Origin: an uncultured delta proteobacterium
Lineage (GTDB): Bacteria; Desulfobacterota; RBG-13-43-22
Direction: 5' to 3'
NCBI GenBank assembly: GCA_963790475.1
Contig: CAWBOS010000001.1
Span: 96,001 to 160,000 of the forward strand
DNA length: 64,000 nucleotides
A program made the translations under genes and the position numbers. Numbering within the stretch: the first letter of the stretch is position 1; each line of letters begins with the position of its first letter. Below are positions 40,297 to 51,293 of the stretch, piece after piece. The notes beneath the pieces were generated by a model that worked only from the letters and a program-made list of their open reading frames with translations, was not told where the DNA came from and searched no databases.

Positions 40297-40581
40297 AAAC
40301 AGGCAGTCTTCAGGGCAGGCCAGAGTCAAGAGGAAAAGGTTCTCCGAAGCAAAAAGGAGAAATTTTTTCTCACATACTTTAAACCCGATAGAACTATCCC
40401 AAGGTCTCCAACGCCATTACCCTTGTTGAAATTTCAAAGGTTGATGTGTCAGCGATAACTTCACTGTACCGGCATGAGGACATAGGGGTTTTCTGAAGGA
40501 AACGGGCCTATGCAGATCCGGAGTTAACCTGCCGGATAAAGCACGACGGTGGATTCGGATATAAAAACCTCGAAAGACAGG

Positions 40582-41007
40582 ATGATGATGCGGTTGAGCA
40601 AGCTGATCCTTTGCATGGCTTTTGTGGTGGTCGTGACCGTCGGCTGTGCAGACACTTCGACAGAAGTAAGAAAAATGGCCGCAGATCTCTATGCCAGGAG
40701 CAGCATACCGCAGCCAAAGCCCCCTTACGGGTTCAAATCTGACGGCTGTTCCTGCTTTCCCGATGGGGATTGGGTTGAGTGCTGCGTCGTACACGATCTG
40801 GACTACTGGATAGGCGGCACAAGCGAGGAAAGAGGGAATGCGGATGCAACACTTAAGAAGTGCGTCGCAGATAAAGGCCATCCAATTACCGCTGGCCTTA
40901 TGTACTACGGCGTCCGCATGGGTGGCGTCTGGTGGTTGCCAACCCCTTTTAGGTGGGGTTTCGGCTGGCCCTACCCGCAATCCGGCCCTCCGAGAAAGCC
41001 ATATTGA
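40582..41007 (+). CDS. Putative lipoprotein with phospholipase A2-like motif
   Basis: Lipobox TVGC; SDGCS...CCVVHDLDY...AD..L..C. Confidence 0.6.
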   Translation: MMMRLSKLILCMAFVVVVTVGCADTSTEVRKMAADLYARSSIPQPKPPYGFKSDGCSCFPDGDWVECCVVHDLDYWIGGTSEERGNADATLKKCVADKGHPITAGLMYYGVRMGGVWWLPTPFRWGFGWPYPQSGPPRKPY

Positions 41008-41330
41008 ACCAAATTCCTCTCCATTAAGGTAAAACATGACAAACCATGAGAAAGATCGAGATGCTTTTGATAAGTTAGCGGATGCCTGGAGAAGCCTTCC
41101 GGAGGACCGGCGAAAGCGGATATTTATAGCTCTTCCTGTCTGTGAGCCAAGTCGATTTTCGGATGTCCCTCCTGACCCTGAGGAGTTGAACTTTATCTAA
41201 GAAATCCTTTTTTTAGCACGGCAGTGCATTGACATATGGGAGAAGGGTCAAGTTTACGTTTGACTTTTATTGTGGGGTCTCGAGGTCAGCCATTAAAAGG
41301 CCACGACAAAGTGGGGGAGGTCGGGTCTAG

Positions 41331-41470
41331 TTTCTTGACATTGTGCAAAAACCAGGGACAGCGCCCGTTTCTTCACCTCCCTTTCTTTTAATGGAGAAGA
41401 AGACGCCATTCGTCTCCTTATCTTTCGATTTGCTTTTCTCCTTGCCCCGGTCCTTTTGTTGCCTTATACT
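41331..41470 (+). promoter_or_regulatory. Repeated promoter module (near-identical to 48213-48351)
   Basis: Shared ccagggacag...atggagaagaagacgccattcgtctcctt; TTGCCC-17-TATACT at 41442-41470. Confidence 0.75.
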
Positions 41471-41554
41471 TTTCCCATTCAAAACCTAGACTTCTCGGAT
41501 TTTCGGGAGACAGGTGTTTCAAAATTTTTAGTATTAACTGGAGAGGAAAAACCA

Positions 41555-42772
41555 ATGCCTTATGCGGATCTGGACTACAAATTGACCGAAGAACAAAAGG
41601 CCATGAGGGATATGGTCAGGCGTTTTGGCGCTGAAGTTGTAAGGCCTGCGGGTATTGAGCTGGACAACCTGGCCGATCCGGCGGAGGTCATTGCCAAGAA
41701 TTCCAGGCTCTGGGATGTTTTTAAGAAGTTCCGGAAACTGGGACTGCACAAAAGAGGCTTTTCCAAATACTTCGGCGGTATGCTTGAAGATTTGGATCCC
41801 CTGTCCGGATACCTGATAACCGAGGAGTTGGGTTACGCCGATGCCGGTTTGACCATCAGCCTGGGTGTCTCCGGAATGCCCTTTTCTTTCTGCCAATTGT
41901 CCCCTAATCCAAAGCTTCAGTCCCTGGCCCGTGCCTACGTTGAAGATGAGGAAGCAAACCTGATTGGCTGCTGGGGCATAACCGAACCGGATCATGGTTC
42001 GGATTGGAGCCTTGGCGGTGAAGATCCCCAATGCGCTCCTTCCTTACGGGGAGTACTCAAAGGGGACAGATATATTATTAATGGGCAAAAATCGGCCTGG
42101 GTCTCGAACGGCACTATCGCCACTCATTCCACGCTCCACGTTGGTCTGGATCGTTCCAGGGGCATGATGGGGCAGGGGATAGCTATTTGTCCTCTTGACC
42201 TGCCGGGTATTTCCCGCGGCAAACCGCTGAATAAGATCGGCCAACGGCCTTTGAATCAGGGAGAAATATTCTTTGAGGAGGTTGAGTTGCCCCAGGAGTA
42301 TATGATTATCCCGGATTATGCCAAGTTTATTGAGGCGGGGGGCAGGGGTGGACAGCCCCCCATGAGCGGTATGGCCGTGATGTTCGGCGGGCTGGCCAAA
42401 GCTGCCTTAGACGAGGCCCTGCGCTATGCCCGGGAACGCGTCCAGGGGGGTGTGCCCATCTTTGAGCATAAAAATATAAAGCTGAAGCTATTCGAAATGA
42501 TGATGCAGGTTGAGGCCGCTCGTTCTTTTGCCCGCCGGATGTATCTTTATAATGCGGAAAGCGGGGCACCATCCATGCTGCATTCCATGATGGGTAAGTG
42601 GCTGTCGACGGAAACCGCTTTTAAGGTGTCCAGTGAGGCTATTCAAATCTTCGGAGGGAACGGGTTGTCCAAAGAGTATGCCATTGAAAAGATCTTTCGT
42701 GACGCCCGGGCCGGCATGATTGAAGATGGTGTGAATGAGGCCCTGGCTTTGGCCGTTGCCGATCAAATGTAA
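41555..42772 (+). CDS. Acyl-CoA dehydrogenase
   Basis: ITEPDHGSD, NGQK, KIGQR, FGGNG and EKIFRD; RBS before ATG 41555. Confidence 0.92.
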   Translation: MPYADLDYKLTEEQKAMRDMVRRFGAEVVRPAGIELDNLADPAEVIAKNSRLWDVFKKFRKLGLHKRGFSKYFGGMLEDLDPLSGYLITEELGYADAGLTISLGVSGMPFSFCQLSPNPKLQSLARAYVEDEEANLIGCWGITEPDHGSDWSLGGEDPQCAPSLRGVLKGDRYIINGQKSAWVSNGTIATHSTLHVGLDRSRGMMGQGIAICPLDLPGISRGKPLNKIGQRPLNQGEIFFEEVELPQEYMIIPDYAKFIEAGGRGGQPPMSGMAVMFGGLAKAALDEALRYARERVQGGVPIFEHKNIKLKLFEMMMQVEAARSFARRMYLYNAESGAPSMLHSMMGKWLSTETAFKVSSEAIQIFGGNGLSKEYAIEKIFRDARAGMIEDGVNEALALAVADQM

Positions 42773-42828
42773 GGGAGATTATCCGGCAGGGAAATAAAAT
42801 GAAATTGTAATGAAATTGAATGAATGAA

Positions 42829-43068
42829 ATTGGAGTCGGGCCACAGGAACTATTTATATCGCCTTTCGATTCGATCAAAACGGAAAGTGGATCGGAAGCA
42901 CCAAGACCCGGATACACATTATCTCCGGCCCTGGAGACAATGAATTTAGGGGCGTGGCCAAAGTCAGCACACGCGACTTGAAGGATGATGAGATTGGGAC
43001 GTCCGAAGTGCGTCTTGAGGGAAAACGTATCCAGGTTGAGCCATTCTGACATCACGCTTTACGGCGTG
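42829..43068 (+). pseudogene. RAYT left-end motif fused to the 3' part of the 26628 lipoprotein gene
   Basis: attggagtcgggccac followed by about 215 nt nearly identical to 26891-27106. Confidence 0.88.
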
Positions 43069-43434
43069 ACCTTGGGTCAACCTGAGGTGTAGCGTTGCCC
43101 CATACCTGTTTAATGTTTTTGGGTTAAAATCTAAGTAGGGTGTCCCCCGATTTCACATGGCCCCGGGGTCTGGAGATTTACTTGACGAATGGATAAAAAA
43201 GTCAATGATTCGGAAACCGACTACAATGCTTTCCTGGTTTCGGGACACTCTTCAGTGCAAAAAATTGGGAAGATTTTAACAAAAAATAGTAAAAGGATTA
43301 AAATAGGGATCAAAACATTTAAACTGAGAGTCGAATTACTTAAAAAGGGAATCAAAGGAAATATAAAGGATACCTAAAGCATAAAAAAGGCAGGTTCCGA
43401 GATTGAGACCTGCCCTTTCCTTTCCGTTCATAGA

Positions 43435-43680
43435 TTAGCCTTTAACGATCAAAAATTGTTCGATCTCCTGGCGAACATCTTCAGGGATAAATCTCAAGGC
43501 TAAGGGAATCCTTGAAAAATCTTCGATCTTTAGCGGGTCATTGACCGATATTACTATTTTCTTGTTTCCAATGACCTGGCAAAAGGTTTGAAGTTGTTCC
43601 TTTAATTCCTCAGCAACTTCTTCAATTTGAAGACCTTCGTGAAGTTCAACCTTAATGGTAATTTGATATTTCCCTGACAT
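43435..43680 (-). CDS. Hypothetical protein
   Basis: AAGG RBS, 81-aa ORF, no family recognised. Confidence 0.45.
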   Translation of the reverse strand: MSGKYQITIKVELHEGLQIEEVAEELKEQLQTFCQVIGNKKIVISVNDPLKIEDFSRIPLALRFIPEDVRQEIEQFLIVKG

Positions 43681-43820
43681 AAGGGCACCTTTCTTTTCAA
43701 AGGCTTCTCATTAAGATTGAAATCATTGAAATTATTGCTCCGGCCAAACAAAGAAGGTCAATCCATAGTTGGAATCGTTTCTTGTTTTATCCAGGTCTTT
43801 CGGTTTAAGCTCATGATTCA

Positions 43821-44067
43821 TTAGCCCTCACTGTCTTCGAAGAATCGCCCGGAATAGGTGAAGGCCTGAGGGGAAAGGGTCAAGCTAAGCCCATTAACTT
43901 TTATATCAATATCCATGCCAAAAGGGGTGTCCTCTTGGCGCATGATCCCATGAACTCCCTTAGCAGCCTGATCCCTTTTGTCGTCTGACTGGAAAGGCTC
44001 CCGGATTAAGGGTTCAAGACCGCCTTCCATTTGGACAAGGAATTTACCGAAAATTTTAGGGGACATT
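43821..44067 (-). CDS. Hypothetical protein or fragment
   Basis: ORF only; start uncertain. Confidence 0.3.
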
Positions 44068-44103
44068 GTTCTGAATTGACTAAAGGGAAGCGGCGTCAAA
44101 TCT

Positions 44104-44317
44104 TAAACGGCAATTTGAATTATTTAATCCGGGGCCTTGTTGAATCGGTATATCGCGGACCCTGTAGACCACCAAAGCACCGAACCGTCAGGCCACATGA
44201 CTGACGGGCCTAAGAAGGTCTTTCGATTCCTGCCTGAAGGGAAAAAGGATCACTATCTACTCCCTTGCCTTCACCCCTGCTTTTCCCCTTGACCGAGCCT
44301 TTTCCTTTCCCTATACT
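44104..44317 (+). repeat. Mosaic intergenic repeat, copy 4, with promoter module
   Basis: Repeat body, then TTGACC-17-TATACT (44289-44317). Confidence 0.85.
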
Positions 44318-44398
44318 CTTTCTATCAAAAAGGGAGTTCTAATCAAAAAAAGCTGTCCCCCTCGGTTTTACACTCCTCAACGGGAAAAAAGGCGATCA

Positions 44399-44890
44399 AT
44401 GGTCTACGTTCTGATGGGAGTTTCGGGGAGCGGAAAAACCACGGTAGGAAAGCTGCTTGCCGAAAAGCTCGGCATTCCTTTTATCGACGCCGACGATTTC
44501 CATCCGACCTCGAATATCGAAAAAATGAGGAACAAGATCCCGCTCAACGATGATGACCGCGCTCCCTGGCTCGCCGCGATCGCCGGGAAAATGCGCGAGG
44601 CAAACGCAGCGCGGGGCGCGGTCGTGGCCTGCTCGGCGCTCAAGGAAAAATACCGGAAATTGCTTAGGGGCGGCAGCCCGGCAATACGTTTCATTTTCCT
44701 AACGGGCGACAGGGAGTTGATCGGCCGTCGCCTTCTGCAGCGGCGCGGCCATTATATGCCGCCAGATCTCCTTGACAGTCAGTTTGCCGCGCTGGAAGCG
44801 CCCGAAGATGGCCTCGCTGTTTCCGCGGATAAGTCGCCTCCTGAAATATGCGATGAAATCATCAAGCGGCTGGATAGGCAAAAAGATTAA
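44399..44890 (+). CDS. gntK: Gluconokinase
   Basis: MGVSGSGKTT, DADDFHP, PLNDDDRAPWL, CSALK..YR and SQFAALE. Confidence 0.9.
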   Translation: MVYVLMGVSGSGKTTVGKLLAEKLGIPFIDADDFHPTSNIEKMRNKIPLNDDDRAPWLAAIAGKMREANAARGAVVACSALKEKYRKLLRGGSPAIRFIFLTGDRELIGRRLLQRRGHYMPPDLLDSQFAALEAPEDGLAVSADKSPPEICDEIIKRLDRQKD

Positions 44891-45078
44891 ACTCTCAAAG
44901 AATTATACAAGAAGGGATGGGGGAAAGAGGCCATAAAAGTGAACAATATGACACAAGAAACCATTTGGTCAATAGGTCTTTTTTAAGAACGGAGATTGAC
45001 TTTTTTTGAATGGAGTAGCCCTGCCGGCGGGGTTTTAGGCGTTATTGTCGATTCCGGGTGACGATTATGGAGGTATTT

Positions 45079-47871
45079 ATGGGAGAAGAAAATAACATTC
45101 ATGAAATTTCGTCTAAGATCCTCATCGTTGAAGACAGCCCCGTCCAGGTTGAAAAACTGAAGTATAGCCTTGAGAAACATGGTTTTCAGGTTATGGCAGC
45201 CAATAACGGGGTACAGGCTCTGGAGGAGCTTAAGAAGGGATACCGGCCCTTCATAATCGTCAGTGATATTATCATGCCCGAAATGGATGGTTATGAATTC
45301 TGCAAAAAAGTCAGAGAAAATAAAGACCTTGAACATATTCCTGTTATACTTCTAACCATCCTTTCCGAAATGAAGGATATTATCAGGGGGTTGGAGTGTG
45401 GCGCAAACGGCTTCATCATAAAACCCTTCGATGAAAAAAATTTAATATCCCGGATCGAGCAGATGCGGTTAAATGTCGGCTTTCGAGAAAAGACCGATTC
45501 CGATTCCACCATCCGCACATTTTTTTCAGGAGAGAGCTACCAGATCACCGCCGATAAACGGCAGATACTTGAGTTTCTTTTATCCGTTTACGAAGACCTC
45601 TATCGAAACAATAGGGAACTGGTGCGGTTGGACCGTGAGCTGTTGCTGTTGAATGAACATTTGGAAGAGAGGATAGAAGAAAGAACGGCCGCCCTGACAC
45701 AAGAGATCTCTGAGCGCAAACGGGCGGAGGAAGCACTCCGGGAGAGTGAGGAACGATATCGGGAGCTTTTTGAACACATTTCTTCCTGCGTCGCGATTTA
45801 TGAGACCGTGGATGATGGAGCAGATTTCGTCTTCAAAGATTTCAACGATGCCGGGGAGCGAACTGAGAATATCGTCAGAACCCAAGTTATCGGCAAGCGG
45901 GTTACAGAAGTATTTCCAGGAGTCACTGATTTAGGGCTCTTGAATGTCTTACGTAGGGTGTGGCAAACGGGTGAACCGGCACATCATCCGGTGTCATTCT
46001 ACCAGGACCAACGGATTCAGGGATGGCGGGAGAATTATGTCTACCGGCTTCCTTCAGGAGAAATTGTTGTTGTTTATGATGACATTACCCTCCGTAAACA
46101 GGCAGAAGAGGCGCTGCTGGATAGTGAGCGAAAGTACCACCTACTTGTTGATTCAAGCATTGATGCTGTTCTGCTGACTTCTCCTGATGGAGGTATTATC
46201 TCCGCTAATCCGGCCGCCTGTCAAATTTTTGGGTATACGGAAGACGAGATCCGGAAATTGGGACGGGGGGGTATTGTGGATAACTCCGATCCTAATTTGC
46301 CTGCTGCTTTGGAGGAACGCGCCAAAACAGGAAAATTCCGTGGGGAACTGACCTTTGTCCGCAAGGATGATACAAAATTTCCAGGAGATGTATCCACTGC
46401 CATTTTTACAGATAAAGAAGGCCGGATCAGAACAAGCATGGTCATTCGTGACATCACCGGTCAAAAACACATATCGGAGGCGTTGAGAAGAAGTGAGGAG
46501 AGATACCGGACCATTATTGAAAACATTGAAGACGGTTATTATGAGGTGGATCTGGCAGGTAGGTTAACTTTTTTCAATGATGCCATGGCGCGGATCAATG
46601 GATATTCAAGAGAAGAAACGATGGGTATGTCCTTCCGTGATCATAGCGATGCCGAAAACGCCGAAATATTATATAAAGACTTTAACCGAGTTTATCAGAC
46701 CGGAGAGTCTTCCAAAGGAAGCCATTACGAAGTAATTTCCAAAAATGGAGAAAAGAAGAATTTAGAAACCTCCATCTCATTGATAAGAGATTCATCAAAT
46801 AAGCCCATGGGGTTCAGGGGCATTGCCAGGGATGTCACGGAACTCAGGCAGGCCCAGAATGCATTACAAACCAGTGAAGAAAGGTTTCGAATCGCCGCTG
46901 AAAGTTCCAACGATTTTATTTATGAATGGGATCTCAATACGGGTCAAATTGATTGGTTTGGCGACGCCACGGAGAGACTTAATCACCTTTTAAGTGAAAT
47001 TCCTGTTACAGCAACCGACTTTAATAAAATTATTTATCTTGATGATTATACTCTTTTCTTGGAACCCATCCGACGACATCTGAAGCGTGGGGTGCCTTAC
47101 AATGAAGAATTCCGGATCATTGGAAAAGAAGGGAGAATTATTTATGTGAAGGTGGCCGGAATGGGTTTGCGGAACCAAGAAGGGAGAGTCTATAAATGGA
47201 TAGGGGCCATTAGCGATATTTCGGAACGGAAAAAAACAGAGGAAGAACTTAGAAAAAGTTTCGAAAAGCTGCGTATGGCCATGAATGGAATAATCCAAGC
47301 CATGGCCTTGACCGTTGAGACCAGGGACCCTTATACGGCCGGGCACCAGCAGCGGGTGGCCGATCTGGCTCGGGCAATGGCTCAGGAGATGGACCTTGCA
47401 GAAGACCAAGTAGATGCTTTGCGCATGGCCGGTACGGTCCACGACCTGGGCAAAATCGGGATTCCAGCTGAAATCCTCAGCAAGCCTGTTGAGTTAAGTG
47501 ATATTGAATTAAAGTTAATTATGAATCATCCGCAGATTAGTTATAACATTCTCAAAGATATTGATTTTCCCTGGCCGGTGGCTCAGATTGTTTTACAACA
47601 CCATGAAAGGATCAATGGTTCAGGGTATCCTTTGGGGCTGTCCGGGGATGATATTCTTTTGGAGGCCAGGATTCTGACCGTAGCCGATGTGGTAGAAGCC
47701 ATAGCCTCCCACCGGCCCTATCGACCGGCTCATGGGATTGACATAGCCCTTGAAGAAATAGCAATTAACAAGGGGATTTTATATGACCAGAACGCAGTTA
47801 ATGCCTGTTTGAGACTTTTCAATGAGAAGGGATATAAATTTAAAGAACAGGTGACTTGGGCTTCCATTTGA
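45079..47871 (+). CDS. Receiver + multiple PAS + HD-GYP c-di-GMP phosphodiesterase
   Basis: N-terminal receiver (DIIMPEMDG), PAS/PAC repeats, HDLGKIG and HHERINGSGYP. Confidence 0.92.
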   Translation: MGEENNIHEISSKILIVEDSPVQVEKLKYSLEKHGFQVMAANNGVQALEELKKGYRPFIIVSDIIMPEMDGYEFCKKVRENKDLEHIPVILLTILSEMKDIIRGLECGANGFIIKPFDEKNLISRIEQMRLNVGFREKTDSDSTIRTFFSGESYQITADKRQILEFLLSVYEDLYRNNRELVRLDRELLLLNEHLEERIEERTAALTQEISERKRAEEALRESEERYRELFEHISSCVAIYETVDDGADFVFKDFNDAGERTENIVRTQVIGKRVTEVFPGVTDLGLLNVLRRVWQTGEPAHHPVSFYQDQRIQGWRENYVYRLPSGEIVVVYDDITLRKQAEEALLDSERKYHLLVDSSIDAVLLTSPDGGIISANPAACQIFGYTEDEIRKLGRGGIVDNSDPNLPAALEERAKTGKFRGELTFVRKDDTKFPGDVSTAIFTDKEGRIRTSMVIRDITGQKHISEALRRSEERYRTIIENIEDGYYEVDLAGRLTFFNDAMARINGYSREETMGMSFRDHSDAENAEILYKDFNRVYQTGESSKGSHYEVISKNGEKKNLETSISLIRDSSNKPMGFRGIARDVTELRQAQNALQTSEERFRIAAESSNDFIYEWDLNTGQIDWFGDATERLNHLLSEIPVTATDFNKIIYLDDYTLFLEPIRRHLKRGVPYNEEFRIIGKEGRIIYVKVAGMGLRNQEGRVYKWIGAISDISERKKTEEELRKSFEKLRMAMNGIIQAMALTVETRDPYTAGHQQRVADLARAMAQEMDLAEDQVDALRMAGTVHDLGKIGIPAEILSKPVELSDIELKLIMNHPQISYNILKDIDFPWPVAQIVLQHHERINGSGYPLGLSGDDILLEARILTVADVVEAIASHRPYRPAHGIDIALEEIAINKGILYDQNAVNACLRLFNEKGYKFKEQVTWASI

Positions 47872-48212
47872 GTATTGGCCATTCTGTCCCTCTATCAATC
47901 CCCTTATCATTGATTAAATTGGGGTCGGGCCTAATGCCGAATGGATTTAAATGGGCCAGGTGGAGAAATCTTTGGAGAGTCCAGATTCCGGAATACCTGA
48001 CGGCTTCCCTACAGAACATTCTAATCCTGATTCATCATGTCAAAGAACAAAGGCCGGCAGGGGCCAATAGGAGCTTGAAACTAAATCCGAAAAGGTTATT
48101 AATCCGTCTGGCCAATTGTTTTTGGGGAGAATTTCCTTTTAGCTACCTTCCCAAGTCAGTTTTTGCTAACCCTTATGATTCTTAAATTAGATTTTGAGCA
48201 ACAGACCCCTGT

Positions 48213-48351
48213 TTTCTTGACATTCTAAAACCAGGGACAGGGCCCGTTTTTTCACCTCCCTTTCTTTATTAATGGAGAAGAAGACGCCATTCGTCTCCTT
48301 AACCTTCGATTTGCTTTTCTCCTTGCCCCGGTCTTTTTCTTGCCATATACT
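48213..48351 (+). promoter_or_regulatory. Repeated promoter module
   Basis: TTGCCC-17-TATACT at 48323-48351; duplicate of 41331-41470. Confidence 0.75.
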
Positions 48352-48471
48352 CTTATACAGTTGTCCCTTATTAAGGCATTTTACAACAAACCATCCTAAT
48401 CGACTCGTAACTCAGCGGCTGAATTTTGTGTCCTCAATTATCTTCATTTCCTATTAAAGGAGACACCACCA

Positions 48472-48969
48472 ATGAAAGAAAAACATCTGGCAGCTGTTTG
48501 CGGGCTCTATTGCGGCGCCTGCATCATTTATCGGGCGCGTAAAGACGGAAACCATCAGGCTATCGAGCAGATAGCACGGAGGATGTCATCATCCTTCAAT
48601 GTAAAGCCAGAGGACCTTGGGTGCGACGGCTGCCTTGCCGGAGGCCGCCTGACACCCTATTGCCAACAGTGTGCCATCAGGGTTTGTCCTGATAAAAAGC
48701 CGGGAGTGACCCGCTGTTCCGACTGCCCCGATTTTCCTTGTTCTCTTATTACCGATTTCAATAACGACGGCATGCGTCACCATGCCGAGGTATTGGACAA
48801 TTTACGCAAGATCGCTGAATCCGGCGTTGAAAACTGGCTTGGTTCCGAGCAGGAAAGGTGGAGCTGCCCCCATTGCGGCTCTCCTACGGATTGGTATGCA
48901 AAGAGCTGCTTTCACTGCGGGGGAGTTCAGCCCCACCGCCTGCCGTTGCTTCCCAGGGACAAGAAGTAA
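48472..48969 (+). CDS. DUF3795-family cysteine-rich protein
   Basis: CGLYCGAC, CDGC, CAIRVC and CSDCPDFPC. Confidence 0.85.
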   Translation: MKEKHLAAVCGLYCGACIIYRARKDGNHQAIEQIARRMSSSFNVKPEDLGCDGCLAGGRLTPYCQQCAIRVCPDKKPGVTRCSDCPDFPCSLITDFNNDGMRHHAEVLDNLRKIAESGVENWLGSEQERWSCPHCGSPTDWYAKSCFHCGGVQPHRLPLLPRDKK

Positions 48970-49064
48970 TGAATATCAGTAGAATGCTCAAAAAAAAATG
49001 GTTAAAGGCCAACAGATAGAAAGTTGAAGCTATGTCGAAACCAGAAGAGTCGGTCGTGCGCGAA

Positions 49065-49220
49065 ATGGTAATAATCGGATCGTTTAATTTCACCAGGGCG
49101 GCAGAGGAACGGAATGCTGAAAACCTCTTGATCATTAAATCAAAAGACTTAGCCAAGCCATATATCGAAAACTGGAACCGGCATAAGGGTCATTCTGAGC
49201 CTTATCCGGCCAGGTATTAA
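49065..49220 (+). pseudogene. Phospholipase D-family endonuclease, C-terminal fragment
   Basis: IIGSFNFTRAAEERNAENLLII; HKD motif absent. Confidence 0.7.
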
Positions 49221-49230
49221 GGGGGGAACT

Positions 49231-49497
49231 ATGGCTTTATGTAGATGCTTAGAAAATCATGCTTGGCCCAATGGACGGGTCAGGAAGTATATTGGTTATC
49301 TGAAGCCGATTGGATACCCAAAGACTTCTTTAATCTGTGGCCTATGTGATTATCCCGGAGTGATATGGATCGAGAAAGAGGAAGAGTCAGCTTATCGAAG
49401 CGGCCAGAGGATCTTTACTGGCCCTCATGCTTTTACAAGGATGAAAGCTGACAATAACGGAATCTACTCTAAACCGAATTATTTAAAGAATAGATAA
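49231..49497 (+). CDS. Hypothetical Cys-containing protein
   Basis: GGGGG RBS; CRC...CGLC. Confidence 0.5.
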   Translation: MALCRCLENHAWPNGRVRKYIGYLKPIGYPKTSLICGLCDYPGVIWIEKEEESAYRSGQRIFTGPHAFTRMKADNNGIYSKPNYLKNR

Positions 49498-49738
49498 TTT
49501 AATATAGCCAAAAAACTAGATCCGAAAGAAGTGATTGACTTCAAAAAACTCTTGATGAGTAACGTTTTACTATTTCATTCGGACAACCTCGATGGAAAAT
49601 CGAGCACGCACCAAAGTCACAGGAGGTAGATTGCTCATTGAGGTTATCAAGATCGAAAGTTGAAATGATAATCATTATTCAACAAGTGAAAAATGCTCAA
49701 ATGTTGCTTTATTTCAAATTCAATAAGAAAGGGAATTA

Positions 49739-50053
49739 ATGCCCCTACCAGAATTTACCAAGAAATTGATAAATGCAAAACTCTCCCAATACTGTATTAA
49801 TCGTATCCCCGAGCATGCCCGTGACAAGGTAAAGTTGATCTTTAATATTAAAGGGAACATAGTTACCCTCATCCTATCGAGACCATATTTTAAGGATCGT
49901 TCCAAATGGGCAGAGAGATCAGTAGCTCAAATTCGTTTTGATAATGACAATAAGAAATGGATGTTATACTTTGTTGACAAGAATGATAAGTGGCATGCAT
50001 ACGACTTGATTCAACCGAGCACCGATTTTGATGATCTTCAAAGGAGGATTTGA
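49739..50053 (+). CDS. DUF3024-like protein, possibly C-terminally truncated
   Basis: IPEHARDKV...VAQIRF...WMLY...KWHAY. Confidence 0.65.
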   Translation: MPLPEFTKKLINAKLSQYCINRIPEHARDKVKLIFNIKGNIVTLILSRPYFKDRSKWAERSVAQIRFDNDNKKWMLYFVDKNDKWHAYDLIQPSTDFDDLQRRI

Positions 50054-50244
50054 TTGGAGTCAAAGAGAAGAGGGAGGATGCTTTTGTGTTAATCAAAGCG
50101 ATCCCGGAGGTATACTTGCCTGATATAGTGGAATATTTCCGAATCCTGACCGGGCTTTAAGGAAATTGATAAACCGAATTGATTTGGGAAGTTCTTTCCA
50201 TTGGGGCGTAGGACCATGAACGATAATATGAAAGGAGGATGAAT

Positions 50245-50814
50245 ATGAAGATACTCGGTATAATGGGTAGTCCCCGCATCGGGGGTAACAGCGATATTCT
50301 TTTGGATCAGGCCCTGGCAGGTGCTGTAAGCGCTGGGGCTGAGGTGGAAAAAATTATCCTCAATCAAAAGAAAATTTCAGGCTGCCAGGACTGCAAGAAG
50401 TGTAACGAAACAGGTCTCTGCGCCCTTAAGGACGACATGCCGGAAATCCAAAAAAAAATCCTGGAGGCGGATGCCGTCATTCACAGTGTGCCCGTTTATT
50501 TCTGGTCCATGACCGCTCAAATGAAGGCCTACCTGGATAGATGGTGTGCCTTTTTCGATGCCGATTGGAGATGGCATAAGTCGTACTATCCGCAAATGAA
50601 GGGGAAAGGCATCGGATTGATCACGGTTTGCGGAGAAGCTGACGTACACACGGCTGATCCCATCGTCAATTGTTTTAAGCCCACTGCAGACTTCTCCAAA
50701 CTCCGCTGGATCGGGACCGTTATGGCCTCAGCCAGGGAAAAAGGGGAGATCGCCAAGAACAAAACAGCCAAGCAGGAGGCGTATGAGCTCGGCCGCAAGG
50801 CAGCTACTCCCTGA
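50245..50814 (+). CDS. Iron-sulfur flavoprotein / flavodoxin-family protein
   Basis: GSPRIGGNS, CxxCxxC-x5-C, PVYF and MKAYLDR. Confidence 0.9.
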   Translation: MKILGIMGSPRIGGNSDILLDQALAGAVSAGAEVEKIILNQKKISGCQDCKKCNETGLCALKDDMPEIQKKILEADAVIHSVPVYFWSMTAQMKAYLDRWCAFFDADWRWHKSYYPQMKGKGIGLITVCGEADVHTADPIVNCFKPTADFSKLRWIGTVMASAREKGEIAKNKTAKQEAYELGRKAATP

Positions 50815-51293
50815 TCATCGCGGAAGTGTACTGCAATGAGGAATTGAAGAAGGGAATTTGATGGACGACCAGCAGATGACTTATTTTGACCAAGGGGCAA
50901 GTGAGCAGGGGAACCGCCTCTGACCAAAGAAGAAGCCTATATCCAACTGGGCTATAGTGCTTCCCTTTTCAAGGCCATTTTGGATTATGCGAAATAGGAA
51001 GAAGGATGCTAAGGTTTGTTAAGCATGGCGGTACAAAGAAATCACCCCCGGGTACTAAGAGGTTAGCCGGGAGTTCAAAAAAAGGATGCGTTCACTGATG
51101 CTTTGGGGAAAGAAGGAATGGCCTTATGAGTACGAATACTGGAAGAGGCATCGGGGTCTAAAGGGATAGGTGACAGAGATGTATCTGATATTTCTTCCTC
51201 AAACCTCTATTCAAAAATGTTGGAGGTCAATCGCATCATTTAATAGTCTAATTTTTTAATGGGGCGGAAAAAGCTTAGAAAAGGAGAGAAATC

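Noticed and set aside
41036-41200. 54-aa ORF after the PLA2-like gene
   Set aside because: Weak RBS and no recognisable motif.
51040-51080. c-di-GMP-I riboswitch-like stem (cccgggtactaagaggttagccggg)
   Set aside because: The conserved GGCAAA...GACGCAAAG first stem is missing.
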